From: Lama guanicoe
Taxonomy: Eukaryota
Reading direction: 5' to 3'
Length of the DNA stretch: 64,000 nucleotides
NCBI GenBank assembly: GCA_013239625.1
Contig: MU053754.1
Span: 431,379 to 495,378, forward strand
The number at the start of each line of letters is the position of its first letter. Within the stretch, counting starts at the first letter, position 1. Under the pieces are notes generated by a model that saw nothing but the letters and a program-made list of their open reading frames with translations, had not been told where the DNA came from and did no database searches. A program made the translations under genes and the position numbers. Of the stretch, positions 1 to 12,449 are shown piece after piece.

Positions 1-590
1 GCTGTGTCCACTATTGCTACTTTCAATCCTCTTGGAACGTCACCCTCACCATTAATATTTTATTAGTATCCATCTCTGTACTGGTTTATTTTGCCTTTAT
101 TCAGGACCACTTCTATAATGAAACGAGATTTTGTAGGGAAAATGTAAATGGGATCAAATCCTCCAAAGTGTTGTCCCCTTAGAAGTAACCGTGAACACAA
201 CCAGATGGAACCTACGATTTCCCACAGTGATAGAAACTTCCTTCACGGGTAAGAAAATCTCTTGAGTCTTCTTTCCAGCCCTTATTGCTCTTAGCAGACC
301 GGCAGTATCTAGCTTGCAGCATTCCCTGCTAACGTAGACAAGGGAGACACGGGAGGGGTAACACGGGGAAGCCCTCCGTTTTAGACCGGGTTCTGAAGGT
401 CTTTGCCAATACAGACACTTTGCCTTGTGATCCATTCTGCTGTGTCGCTGGGCACTTTCTTTGACCTCCTCTCCAGCGGCACAGCTGTTTGCCCGCTGCA
501 GACCGCGCAGTGTCTGTCCGTGGGCACCTGCCCTGTGATGGGGGACAGCAGCTCAGGTCCTGGCAGTCGGTCTTGCTTGGATGCTTCTTT

Positions 591-803
591 CTCTCTCTCT
601 TTTTTTTTTTAATTGAAGCAGAGTCAGTTACAGCGTTGTGTCAGCACCATGTTTCAGTCACGCACACACACACACATAGATTCCTTTACGTGTTCTTCTT
701 CACTGTAGGTGACTGCAAGGTACTGAGTATAGTTCCCTGTGCTGTACAGTGTAGGCTTGCAGTTTATCTCTCTTAAATACAGTCGTCAGTGTCTGCAAGT
801 CTC
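591..803 (-). mobile_element. 5'-truncated L1 3'UTR fragment (cetartiodactyl type)
   Basis: Poly-T followed by aattgaagcagagtcagttacagcgttgtgtc...atagttccctgtgctgtacag, the antisense L1 3' end. Flanked by ggatgcttctt (579-589) and gggtgcttctt (804-814) as a TSD. Confidence 0.8.
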
Positions 804-2566
804 GGGTGCTTCTTACTCTTTCATTTTTCCTCGTAGGGTTGCTCTTGCTCTCAGCATTATAGCCTTAGGTTACACCTGCAACCAACGACTCTATTACCGC
901 CATAAAACATACGGAAACGTACTACCCTGTTTTTTTCAAAAAACATACAACATCACACATTCAGATAATTAATAAAACAACTAACCATAGAAAGGCTTTA
1001 GAGAAAGATTAAAGAAAGGATGAAGTCGATTTGATTCTTCCATCATGAGGCTCAAGACCAGTGCCCGTTCTTTCATTCTGCCAGTGCATCCTCTTTACAG
1101 ACATAGGAATACTTTGATTGAATAAGTGATCCCAAGAGAAGGACAAGGATGACACTCCTAAAACACACAGACACACGTGCACACACACGGGCATTTCTCA
1201 GGGAAACCCATGCCTGGCCCGCCTGCTGAGGGCTGCTTCTCGCTGGGCGCCCAGCTGAGTACCACACGAAATTGTAATCCATGATACTGGAGAGGGAAAA
1301 TGTGCAAATAATATTGTGGGCATGAACCTTGCCTTTCCGAGGGGCCAGTGCTTGGACAGAGTGGTTAAAAAAAAATCACCACTGCACAAAATAGAACTCG
1401 GTCACAGTGACTTAGAGGGGAGAACGCTTGGATAGTTGGGGGAGGGGGCAGCAAAGCTGTGTGGCGTTGCCCAGGAGAAGGAGACATACAGAAGGCTGAG
1501 CATGGGAGTTCGCATTTAAAACCATCTGCCCAGCAGCTAGGACGTCCATTCACTGACGGTCAGCCCCCTAACAGTGCCTGTCCGTGCAGACTCCACTGGA
1601 CTTGGAATTGAAGAAAGGCTACTGGATCTTGGCTTAATCAAGGGTACCCTTTGTAGAATGATGGTACCGTTCCTGATGCGATGAGCTCCCTTACTCCTTC
1701 CAGTAAATGTTACCCACCCCCTACCGTCACTTCCTTTGATACACCATGCAGTGGAAGGAATAACTCTTACATGCTGATTCATCGTAACTTAAAGAGCGAC
1801 AGCCTGCAGCGTCTCCGTCTGGATTGGAAATCCATGGCCAAGCCCGTATCTGGGGGACCGTGCCACCAGCCTGTGGTCCTGAGATGAGGTGGGACGTGTG
1901 TCCCCACCCCCCTGGGCCCAGGAGTCTGTGTCAGCATACAGCAGCGCACGGCCTGCAGGGCAGCACGTCGTGCTCCTATCCCGGCAGAGGAAGCCGGAGC
2001 AGTGTCAGCCCACACTCCCGCCCCGGCTGCCTCACCCCATCCTTTCCCGCTTCCTGAGCCCAGCAGTGTGTTGACTTGACATACAGGGCGTGTGCTCCCA
2101 CCTCCGACAGCCTGGGTGTATTCCTGGTCCCACCTCTGATCTGTAAGCCCGGCGGTGGATTCCACCTCTCGGCCACACTTTCCTCCACTGTGAAGTGGGT
2201 GTGTTCATGCCCGCCTCACCGGGTAACTCTGAAGATTCACCTGTGGACGTGCCTAAGCAGAGAGGCAGGATGTCTCACAGTTAAAAGACACGATAGAATC
2301 AGCAGTGCCTTTTCCGTACGGACCTCTCTCTGGGGAGGCCCGCCTGGATCGAGCCTTCCCCGACGGGCGCACCGCACGTCAGCCCCCAGCCCCAGGACAG
2401 TGCAGGGTCAGCGCTGTGCTGGTGGATGATACCGCCGTGTGTGACTGCCCACGCCAGCTTGGAACATAACTGGATGGGATTTCTCTCACTTGGACGTTCC
2501 TCCAGTGCCTTCCCCCACCATCCACGTCAAATCCTCGGTTTTATCAGTCGTCCACAGGGAGACACC

Positions 2567-3079
2567 ATTACCAGTCTCTCACCCCTGCATCCCACAGGCT
2601 TTCCTTCAAAGGAAAATTTTAACCTACCAGGACCCTGGGGGGCCTTCCAGGGTCAGGCTGCTCCCCATATCCTCTCTGAAGGACCCAGATAATAGTATCT
2701 CATGTGTCTTTCCTGAGTTTTTCAGATGTTTAAAAACCACCCCCAAAGGGAAGAAATTAAGTGCTTCATGATGGAGAGGATGTAGCCCCCAGACCTGGCG
2801 CCTAGGGGTTGACCATGTGGACCACACTCCTACCTCCACGTCAGCCATCAGCCAGTCATAACTGGGCATGAGCTGATCACGGACCCTGAGCCCCACCTCC
2901 CTTACCTGGCCTTTAACCATGATTTGCTGAACGCCTTCCAGGAGTTCGGGGTTTTCTTGGGTCAGAGCCACCCTGTGCTTCCTGCTCGGCCCTGCAGTTA
3001 AACGCTTCTCTGCCTCAAACTCCGATGTTCCAGTTTGGCCTCACGGTGCCTTGGTCACAGGGACTTCTATTTGGCAACA
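2567..3079 (+). mobile_element. Solo ERV1-like LTR
   Basis: LTR-like layout: TATA-like cctttaaccatg, R/U5-like gagttcggggttttcttggg...ccctgcagttaaacgcttctctg, ending ...ggcaaca. The left boundary is approximate. Confidence 0.6.
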
Positions 3080-4959
3080 AAATCTCCCAGCATGGGAATT
3101 GTACCTCTGGAAGAAAACAAAAATAAAAAACACCATGAGGCCTGCATGTGTATAGATACTAAAAATGATGGTGGGTCCTTGCTTGTCTGGGCCGTGACTC
3201 TGGCCAAGCGTCCTCATAGTGTCTTACATGTGTGTAAGCTGCTTACTTGGGCTCAAAGTCTGATAAAAACAAGAAGAGCAGGAGGATGTGGGCTTGAGCA
3301 TTTCAAGCACCCTACGGCAGGGGGGCTTGAAGGTGCCAGTTGTTCTGTCTGGATTCTAGCCTGTTGTCACGAGGTGATTTGTTCTTGCGCATCTAGTGAC
3401 CGCGTGATGTGTTGTTTTCATCAGCAGTTGCTTCCCTGGATGACACCTTAAGTGTGATGAGCACACGTATGCTAATTTTCTTAAAGAAAGCAAGATTATT
3501 AAACTGGTTCCTGTCGCAGGTGGCAAACAGGGGGTCTGCCTTCTCATGCTTCTCACAAAGCCTCCTGTTTCCCAGTTTAGAGCACCTCGTGAGGTCTGGT
3601 CAGGGCGGCGGGACGCGGGCCCTATTTAGTCAGCATGGAATTTGCTCTCTTCTTTTGTCCCCAGTGATTAAAGCAAAACCTTTCTGGGAGTTTTGGAGCC
3701 ACGGGTGAAAGAGAGAGGCAGGAGAGGAGAAAATGTATTTTCTGGAGGGGATCCTAGCCAGGCCGCAGCTGCTGCTTCTCTGAATTGGCTGCTGCTTTTC
3801 TCTACAAACATCTTTCTCCTGGTCTGTTCGCCTCCCCTGGCTTGAGATCCAGAACACGCTGTGGATCTTCAGCAGCCTGGCTTACAGACTTGCACGCGTC
3901 TCCTGAACGTCACCACACCCAGCTGAAATACCGGATGCAATGGGCACGGCTTTGCTTAACGAACACTCCGAGTCCTTTCTGACTGCGGGGCGCCGTGTGA
4001 AATGCTTCACCTGCACTAAGTCCACTTGCTGGGGGCACCGCCACCTACAGGGGAAGGCGCGGAGGGCCTGGTAGGTGACGTACGTGTCAGGATGCTGGAC
4101 GCTCATTGTCGGGTCTGTCTTCCCAAATCTGGGCTCGGAACACTTGCCCCCTCCTCAACCCTGCATGAAAGTGTTAAGATAATTAAGCAAAATGATGGGT
4201 GTCAAGTATCCAGCAATCACGCAGCGGAAGGTGTTCTCAGTTTTCCTGATACGGTTTTATTGCTGTGACCTAGCGTTCTTGCCTTTAGTCTCTGTCCCCC
4301 ACGACTCAGCCCTTGCACTGCAGGACTTGTGTGTGCTTTAAACTCCATTGAGGTGATCATGGCACCGGCTCCTAGACTGATCCTTTAACCAGGGCCTTCC
4401 ATCAGCCAGCATCCTCCCTCAGCAAGCCTGTCCCTAGTCACTCCCTCCCTCAAACCTTGTAAGCTGCTTGGAAGCAGGAGGTCAGTTCCTGAAGGGCTAC
4501 CTTGCGTTTGTGGGTCCATTGGCACTTACTGATTGACCGCTGACCACACAGAAGGAAGATCTGGGGATGGAGCCTTCCTCGGACTTTGCCTCCTTACCAT
4601 CCGGGCTCTGAGTCAGTCCTCTGCCATCTCTCTCCCTCACAGGATGGGTTAATCTGGTGTGAGTTAGACGCTTATTTCAAAGCAGAGACAAATACAGTCC
4701 TTTGAAATGTTTTTCAAATTCTGTATAGGTTATCTGTAGATGTGTAAGTGGTTCCCATGGGAGAGCTGCTCTTCGCAGAATTATGTGTAAGGTGCAGAAA
4801 TCTCCAGGTTTACCTCTGCCTTACCTTTGCAAAGGGGGAAAGCTTTGAAAGAGAAGTTCTTCCTAAAGGATCATTTGGAAAATGTTCTAGGTCTTCCTGA
4901 TACGTAATCAGCTTTATAAGGACTTGAGATTATTTTGTAATCAGAATATCGAGAGTTAA

Positions 4960-5700
4960 TATATTCTTCCCTTATTGTATATACAAAGGCATTCACGGAG
5001 TGTTAAAAAGAGAACAGGATAAAATGTACACAGACAGGACTTAAAAACAAAGAAACAGAAACACAAGGCTCAATGACCAAATTTAAATTTGCATTGAAAT
5101 TATGAAAGAATGGAACGACAGGAAAAAAATAATCCATATTCTGGCATGCATAAACATGGGACACTTTCCCAGAAAAATAGGAAAAATAGATTTAAATGGC
5201 AAGAGACTAAATTTATAAATGAAAAGAAAAGAATCAAATTATAATTAGTGTTCTGGAAGATGATTTGAAAGTAAATGGAGCAGAAATAATAGTCAAGGTT
5301 TGTAACAAAAGAAAACTCAACTAAAGTGAGGAAATAACATGGTTCCAGTTTGAATGACTTCACTTGGGGTTGCAGTCAGTAAATAAGTTAATAAAAATGA
5401 AATCCAGTCAACATTCTGGGCTGTCGTAGCTTAAATGAAAGTGAAGTGGCATCTCTCAGTCCCCTGGGAAATGAAGCAGGTGACATGGAACAAGAGAGCA
5501 AGACAGGGCTGGTCTCCATGTGCTAAAAGATGGGGCACTGTCTACGGAATGTTGAACAAGGGTTAGTATTCCCGACCCAAGAATTCAACCCAAGATTTTC
5601 CCCAAAGGTGAAGGCGAGTGAAAGGTATTCCCAGGCGTGCGATGGTTCACAGTGTAGACCACGCCCATGCAAAGAGAGTTTTTGAAGACAATTACTTGAA
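4960..5700 (+). mobile_element. Ancient degraded L1/HAL1 ORF1-region fragment
   Basis: A-rich, purine-skewed sequence with L1 ORF1-like remnants (aaatggagcagaaataatagtcaagg...aagaaaactc). Highly diverged. Confidence 0.35.
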
Positions 5701-6149
5701 AACATATGTCGTTCTACCAAGATACAGATTAAAATAATGAATAGAATATTGTTCTGGTGATGGGACTCCGGTTTAATTATCTGTCCAGCTTTCTGGACAA
5801 TGATGGAAAATGAGATTGTGATTGAAACAATGAATTCAAAGTGATTTTTGACAAGGGTGAAACGGGGCAAAGAATAGTCACCGTAGTAGGCACTGTTAGG
5901 CACTTCCTAGACGCTACTCACTGTATTTTGGAATTTATCCAAGTCATCTCTTCAGTCCCCTGGTGATCACAGGAGTCACATATTAGAGATGCAGTTACAT
6001 GTTATAGATAGATTTTAAAAAACAGGGTCAGATGACATTATGTCCCCAAGGTGATATGGAAATTGTGTAAGAACTAGATTCAGGATTACAACAACAAATG
6101 TGATGACTGACTAATTACAATACACTAATCCTCCAGTTTAGCAAAACTC

Positions 6150-6335
6150 TAGACCAACAGCTTCCTCATATCTGCACAGCAGAATTACCTGGGGAACATC
6201 AGATTTCAGTGATGTCTATGTGCCCCCTTCAGAGATCCTGATTTTATTTCTGGGGTGTGCCGTGTGGTCTTTGAAGTTTTGTGCAAACCATTTGCTGAGC
6301 CTAATGTGCATGCAAATTTGGGAGCCACTAATCTA
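6150..6335. mobile_element. MER5-type hAT-Charlie MITE
   Basis: cagaattacctggggaac...cagagatcctgattt...ctggggtgtg...ctaatgtgcatgcaaatttgggagccact resembles MER5A/B. Confidence 0.6.
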
Positions 6336-6589
6336 GACAGTAATATCTGATTTCCTCTTCAAAGGCCTGGAAATGATGTGAGAGCAGCAGACAAGTGTCG
6401 TTATTCAGATGGAATCATCCACAGTGATTGGTGTGTTTCTCATTTTGACACTGAAAGATTCGTTGATCTGAACTGAATTCACTCCAAGGAACTCCCTGGT
6501 AGGGAAAACTGGAGAGTCTAACGGGGATGTTCCCAGGGGATGGGGTTGAGCTCGGCCAGCAGGGCTCTGCAGGGTGACGGTGCCCCAGC

Positions 6590-6710
6590 CCACACCAGGC
6601 CATGTCTGGGGGCATTTTTAGTTGTCAGGACTGGGGGTGGAGGGCACCTTTTGGCATCGAGTCAGTAGAAACCAGAGATGCTGATAAAAATTTGGTGGGA
6701 TGGCACAGAT
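6590..6710. mobile_element. MER20 fragment (hAT-Charlie)
   Basis: atgtctgggggcatttttagttgtcaggactggggg...ggcatcgagtcagtagaaaccagagatgctgataaa matches the MER20 core. Confidence 0.7.
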
Positions 6711-6747
6711 TTCTGCTGGGGGTGTGTGATATGTCCTGAAGGTCCAG

Positions 6748-7760
6748 GTGATGGTTAATTCTCTGTGTCAGCTTGTCAGGGCCAACGCGGTGCCCGGATG
6801 TTTGGTGAAACATGGTCCCGGGAGTGTCTGTGAGGGTATTTCCAGATAAGTTGAGCATCTGAATGGGTGGACGGAGGGAAGCAGAGGGACCTCTCCAGGG
6901 TGGGCGGGTGTTTTCCTACCCATTGAAGGCGTGAACAGAACAGAAAGCTAGAGGACAGGAGAACTGGCTCTCTGCCTGACTGGGGAAGCTGACAAGCGTC
7001 TTCTCGTGCCCTTGGGCTGGCCCTTACGCCATCAGTCCGCTCTCTGGTTCTCAGGTCTGCAGACCCGGGCTGGAACTACTGCACCAACTTCCTGGGGTCT
7101 CCAGCTCACAGATGGCAGATCCTGGGCTTCTCAGCTTCCATAATCACGGTGCCAATTCCTTATATAGGCACACCTCGTTCCATTGCACTTTGATTTGTTT
7201 TGCTTGGCACATATTCCCCGTTTTTGTTTGTTTGTTTTTTGTTTTTTGGGGGGGAGTTGTTATACAAATAGTTTGTGACAATCCTGCGTTGAGCAAATCT
7301 GTCAGCACCGTCTTTCCAACAGCATTTCCTTACTTCATTCTCTGTGTTGCATTTGGATAATTCTCACAGTATTTCAGACTTCATCATTATTATTGTATCT
7401 GTCATGGTGATCTGTGATCAGGGATCTTTGATGTTACTACTGCAAAAAGATTACGACTCACTGAAGGCTCAGATGATTGTTAGCAGTTTTTTTTAGCGAT
7501 AAAGTGTTTTAAATTAAGGTACACACATTGGATTTTTTTTAAGACATAATGCCATTGCACCCTTAACAGACTACTGAGTAGTGTAAGCATAACTTTCATG
7601 TGCACCAGGAAATCAAAAAAACGTATGATTTGCTTTATTGCAATATTTGCTTTATTGCGGTGGTCTGGAACTGAACCCACAATATATCCAAGATAAGCCT
7701 GTAATAAACCATGCAGATGTATGGTCTCGCTGCTGTCTGAACGGAACAGCATGGTGAGAA
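6748..7760 (+). mobile_element. MLT2 (ERVL) solo LTR, interrupted by a Tigger1 derivative
   Basis: Starts gtgatggttaattctctgtgtcagcttg; contains gtgtctgtgagggtatttccagat and tcctggggtctccagctcacagatggcagatcctgggcttctcagcttccataatcac; appears to resume with ataaac after position 7703. Confidence 0.8.
7165..7701 (+). mobile_element. Internally deleted Tigger1 (Tigger1a-like non-autonomous TcMar element)
   Basis: TA-flanked; ends (t/c)aggcacacctcg and gataagcctg. Tigger1 5' end is joined to the 3' end (gactcactgaaggctcagatgattgttagca...ggtctggaactgaacccacaatat). Confidence 0.85.
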
Positions 7761-8290
7761 CTTGCTTTAAAAGGACCTTTCTGCAAAAAAAATGCAAACC
7801 ATGTTTCATTCACAGGTACCTGAAGTCAAAAACCCTGCTCAAAAGTGTAGTGCAAAAGAGGACAACTATCGACCCTAAAACTTAACAGTCAGTCAGCAAC
7901 TAGATAAGAACTCCAGAGTGTCCTTTGGGACACTTTTTTGGAGCTGTGTTCTCTACCAAGCATTGTAAACACTCAGTAATGTTTGCTGGCAATTGTGCGT
8001 TATGATCTTATTGGAAAATTGTAACATCACTTATTCTGATGAAAGAAACCCATCCATAGGCATCATTCTTAGCATTGACAGACCAACTGTTCAGAGAAAT
8101 TCTTTCCTGAAACTGTTTCCCAGAATCATTAGTCATTTTCCATACACCAGCAGTGTGTCTAAAAGAAACAGTATCAGACATCTTTCAGAGAATGCATCAG
8201 AAGAAAAAAAAAAGTAAGTTGGAAACCAGTTTTCAGAATAGTTAGTCACGTACTACTTTTAATCAGCAAAAATTTTAAGTCCACCTGTTG

Positions 8291-9414
8291 ATTTAGCATC
8301 ATGTCCTCCAGCTCCATCCATGTTTCCTTCCTTTTAAGGTAGGGTTTCTTCCCTTTTAAGGCTGAATAATACTCCATTGTGTGTATATAGTTTTTCTTTT
8401 TTTCATTCATCTAATGGACACTAGGGTGTTTCCACATCTTGGCTGTTGTGAATAATTACGCAGTGAATATGGGAGTGCAGATATTTCTTTGATCAGTACT
8501 TTGAGATATGTCCTGAAGTGGGGTGCTGGTCATATGGTAGTTCTGTTTTTTAATTTTTTGAGGATAATACATTTTCCATAGTGTTCACAGTTATACATTC
8601 CCAACAGTGTACAACAGTTCCAGTTTCCCAGCATCCTCATCAAGATGTTACGTTTTGATTTGGGCTGGGGTTTTTTTGGTTGGTTGGTTGTTTGGCTGGC
8701 TTTTCTGATCAGTGATCATTGTAACAGGTGCTGTCTCACTCTGGTTTCGATTTGCAATTCTGTGATAATTATTGGTGTTGAGCATCTTTTCATACACCAG
8801 ATGGCTATTTGTATCCCTGGAGAAGTGTCTGTCTGAGTGAAATAAGCCAAGGTAATGGTAGGATGTTTTGTGAAGTATCTAAAATAGTCAGACTCCTAGA
8901 AGCAGAGAATATAATAGTGGTTTTCAGGGGCTCGAGGCTGGGGAAATGGGAGGTGTTCAATGGGTATAAAAATGGATATAGATTTTGCGAGATGAGCAGG
9001 TTCTAGAGACCCGCGGTGCGGCACGGTGCTTGTAGTTGACAGTGCCGTAGTGTGCACTTAAGTGTTGTTGCATGTCAGTTCCATGTTTGGTGCTCTTACA
9101 GCAGAAGCAAAGGACAAATGCACACAAGGAAACCGGGAAGTATTTGATATGGCTGCTACCTTGATTATGTGGGTGGTATCGCAGGTCTTTTCATATGTGC
9201 GAACTCAACAAATTGTACACATTAGATAGTGCAGTTCTCTGTGTATCATCCATATCTTTGGTTAGGGGGAGCAGTAATTAGCTTTATGTATGTATTTATT
9301 TATTTATTTAGGAGTAAGTCTTAGGGATGGAACCCAGGACCTCGTGCATGCTAAGCATGTGCTCTACCAGTTGAGCTATACCGTCTCCCCAGCCATACCT
9401 TTATAAAGCTGAAA
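8291..9414 (+). mobile_element. Old L1 (L1MB/L1MC-like) with 5' inversion: 8291-8832 antisense, 8833-9414 sense
   Basis: The antisense block starts atttagcatcatgtcctccagctccatccat and the sense block starts ctgagtgaaataagcca, which are adjacent positions in the L1 3' consensus. Decayed TSD ccacctgttg / tcacccattg. Confidence 0.8.
9260..9390 (-). mobile_element. Vic-1-like camelid tRNA-derived SINE
   Basis: Reverse complement reads ggggagacggtatagctcaactggtagagcacatgcttagcatgcacgaggtcctgggttcc, then (TAAA)n and taattac...ccc. TSD catccatatcttt / cagccataccttt. Nested in the L1. Confidence 0.85.
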
Positions 9415-11239
9415 AACATTCACCCATTGAAAGCATTTACAGTTTCAAAAGTAGAGTGAAGAAAACAAATTATGTTAAATTCAAGGGAGAGTAGATACCA
9501 AAAAATTTATTTGAAAATCAATAGTATGACTTACTTTTTTTCATTTCTATAAGCTATAATATGATCTATCAAGGAAAAATTGAGAAAAGCACTTGCATAA
9601 AGCAAGCTTGCCTATTTAAAAAGTCACAACTAGATAATGGGAAATTTTCCCATTTAAAAATTATTAATCTGTATCAGAGGAGTCCTGCCAAAAAAAGAAC
9701 TGGGAATCTTTCATGAATTTATAGGCACCGGTTGCCAACCTGGTCCAATTTTTCTCTTGTTGAAACTGCTTCATTAATTTAATGTGCAAGAAATAAATAT
9801 TTGATGTGCAATTAGTTGGAGATTATTATGGCCATAATGGAACCTTTCCAAATAAACAGCTGCTCCAGCACTTTAAATGCATGAAAAGCCAGGCACAAAA
9901 TGGAAAACATAATGACACACCAGCTCTGTGGAGGAAAAAAGTTAAAATATTCGAGTAGTTATTAAGATGGCTGCGCATTTAGAAGTTGGGCGATAGTTTA
10001 TCAAAGCATAACCACAAAAAAAGCTGCCACACATGTAGGCAAATCCACACACCTGAATTTCCACGGGAATGTTTGTCTGTAGATGTAGGGCGGTTTTGCC
10101 CAAGAGGAAAATGTTATGGAAGTAGATGCTGCCCCATTTCACCAGCTCTTTCAGATGATTCCCTCTATGTGTGCGGATGTCTGTCCAGGTGTATTTGCTG
10201 AATTTGGATTATGCTGTAGTAGCACTTATGTGCGTGCTCTCAGTGTCCGTTTCTCCATCCACATATGAATCGTCAGGATTCCCCTTCAGGAGGGAATGGT
10301 GTCCGCTGGAAAGCTGGGTGTCGATTCAGCTGTTTTCATTCTGCAGAAGCCTTTGCGGTTTCATAGCATGTGCTCCGACCGTGTGAAGGAACTGAACGTC
10401 ACACCTCAGTTCCCTTTGAGCTGAAAATGCTACCTTCCTTTCAAGATAGACCGAAAGAACCAGAGCTAGGTTTCCCTCCCCCGCCTACCGCATTGCATCC
10501 ACCTGAGGGGAGAGACTGACAGAAATCTCAGTGTCTTCCAGTCCTGGCAGAGCTCCTGACTCAGAGTAGCTCAGTCACGTTCATTGAAAAGATGCCTGAA
10601 GCTGTGGCAAAAGAGAGAGCGAAGGTGAGCACTGTGGGCTCCACACAGTTGCTGGCTAAGCAAATGGATGTCTCTTACTAAGCAGGGAGCAAGAGGAAGC
10701 CTTCTCCTCTTGGGGAGCCAGTAGCAAAAGAACAAAGGGAGCTCCTGCAACTGGTAGGAATCTGGCTTGCAGTTACAGGTCTGAACGTCCAGAGAGTCAG
10801 TGGGAGCTGCTCACAGTCGCCAGTGTTCCGGTGCACTCTGCTAGCAGACTGAGTTGGGGCGGGTGTGTTACTTTCGGGGCTCAGCTGCGTCCTGAGACGA
10901 AGTCCTGCGGTCGTGGCACTTCACCTTTCCTCTGCTCTGATACACCCACTGGTCCAAGGGAGGTCAGATTCTGGTCTTGTTTGGCTCAGCTTGCCTGCTG
11001 CATGCATGGCCAGACACACATGCACAAACCACAAACAGCAGAAGGAGCAAAAGCGTCGGGTTCGCACCGTTTTGCCTGGACGGAGATGAACTACCATGTG
11101 ATCTGTTGAGGCAGACTGTCTCTGACGATCTTCTCAAGACAATAGATCAGGTTAAGTTCCCTCTCCTGGCTCTGGGTGGGTCTCTGACGGGACTAAGGCA
11201 GAAGTGATGCCGTCTCCAAAGCCTTGGTACCCAAGGTAA

Positions 11240-11596
11240 CTCGCCTTCTTCCTAGTGGTTGTGGCGGTCACACCTGGGAACCCAGCCACCCTGCTTCAGG
11301 GAAGCCAGGTAGCCAGCCAAGGGGAAACACGCCAGTGCCCGCCCGGCAGCCTGGCTGAGGTCCCGGGGTAGCCGGCATCATGCCCACGTGTATGAGGGAT
11401 CACATTCAGATGACTGGGCCGCCAGCTATGCTTCAGCCAGCCGGCTGTCACCGCAAGAACAGAGAAAACACGCTGTGTCCACGGAGACGTGCCCAAATTG
11501 CAGATGTATGACAAATAAAAAATATAAATGATGGTTGCTGGTTTCAGCCAGTATGTACTGGAATTGTTAGTTAGGAAGCAAAACATTACTGAAACA
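11240..11596 (+). mobile_element. MLT1 (MaLR) LTR 3' portion
   Basis: gcccaaattgcagatgtatgacaaataaa...tggttgctggtttcagcca...ttgttagttaggaagcaaaacattactgaaaca is a typical MLT1 3' end. Confidence 0.65.
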
Positions 11597-12449
11597 CATC
11601 AGTGTCAGAACTGGGGCCACTTATTCAATAAGTGTATTTTTAGCTTATAATGTGCAAAAAGCTCTCCAAACGTGTAGCATTGCTGGAAACCATACCCTGC
11701 TAACCGCCCGTTACACAGCAGGCAAAGGAGACTGAGTATAAACATCTTTGCATGAAACCAGAGCCTAAGTCATTTGCGCTGGCCGGGAGCTTACATTATT
11801 ATAGGGGGAATGGGGACAAACACATAAATTCGTACCATAAAGTAGCACACAGGAGTGCTCTGTAAGTTACCCATCCAACACTTGCATCCTGGGCACCGCT
11901 GTGCGCCAGCGGCATTGCCCTCTGCGCTGTCTGTGCAGCGAGGACCACCAGAGGCCCTGTTATCAGAGCTCTGTTCCTGTGGGCGCAGATAACCAACACC
12001 CTAGCAAATGAATGAAACGTCTTCAGATAAGGAAGAGTGCAGAACACCGGAAGGTGGAGGAGCTGACGGAAACCATGACCTGAGAGCATCAGGGGATGCC
12101 TTGAAACTGTGACCTTGAGGCTTAGACCTCAAGGTCTAAGGAAAAGATGACTGAGCATGGCCAAGGCAGGAGGGACTAGTGAGGGAGGCAGGTTCCGACG
12201 GAGACTCGGAGAAACAAAGAATGTAAGGACAAAGGAGGAAAAGGGGAAGGAGAGTCATCTCTGGGGGTCCTTGCGGGACCGGAAAGGTGCTTGAATCATA
12301 CTCTGTTCATTGCAGCTGGGAAGCTGCCGGGTGCTCTTAGGACGAAGAGCCTAATTATTCACGGGCATTGTCTGCAGATAACCTGGCTGCCGCGTGGTGG
12401 CTGGGCCAGAAGAGAAACGGGGAGGCCAGTTAGGAGGCAGCCATGCCTG

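Noticed and set aside
1009..1290. Possible minus-strand terminal exon (SVILVLLLGSLIQSKYSYVCKEDALAE*)
   Set aside because: The acceptor lies in a TG-repeat-like tract, no upstream partner exon was found and no homolog was recognised.
4090..4620. Possible old ERVL-type LTR
   Set aside because: LTR-like in texture, but I could not fix the termini or the family.
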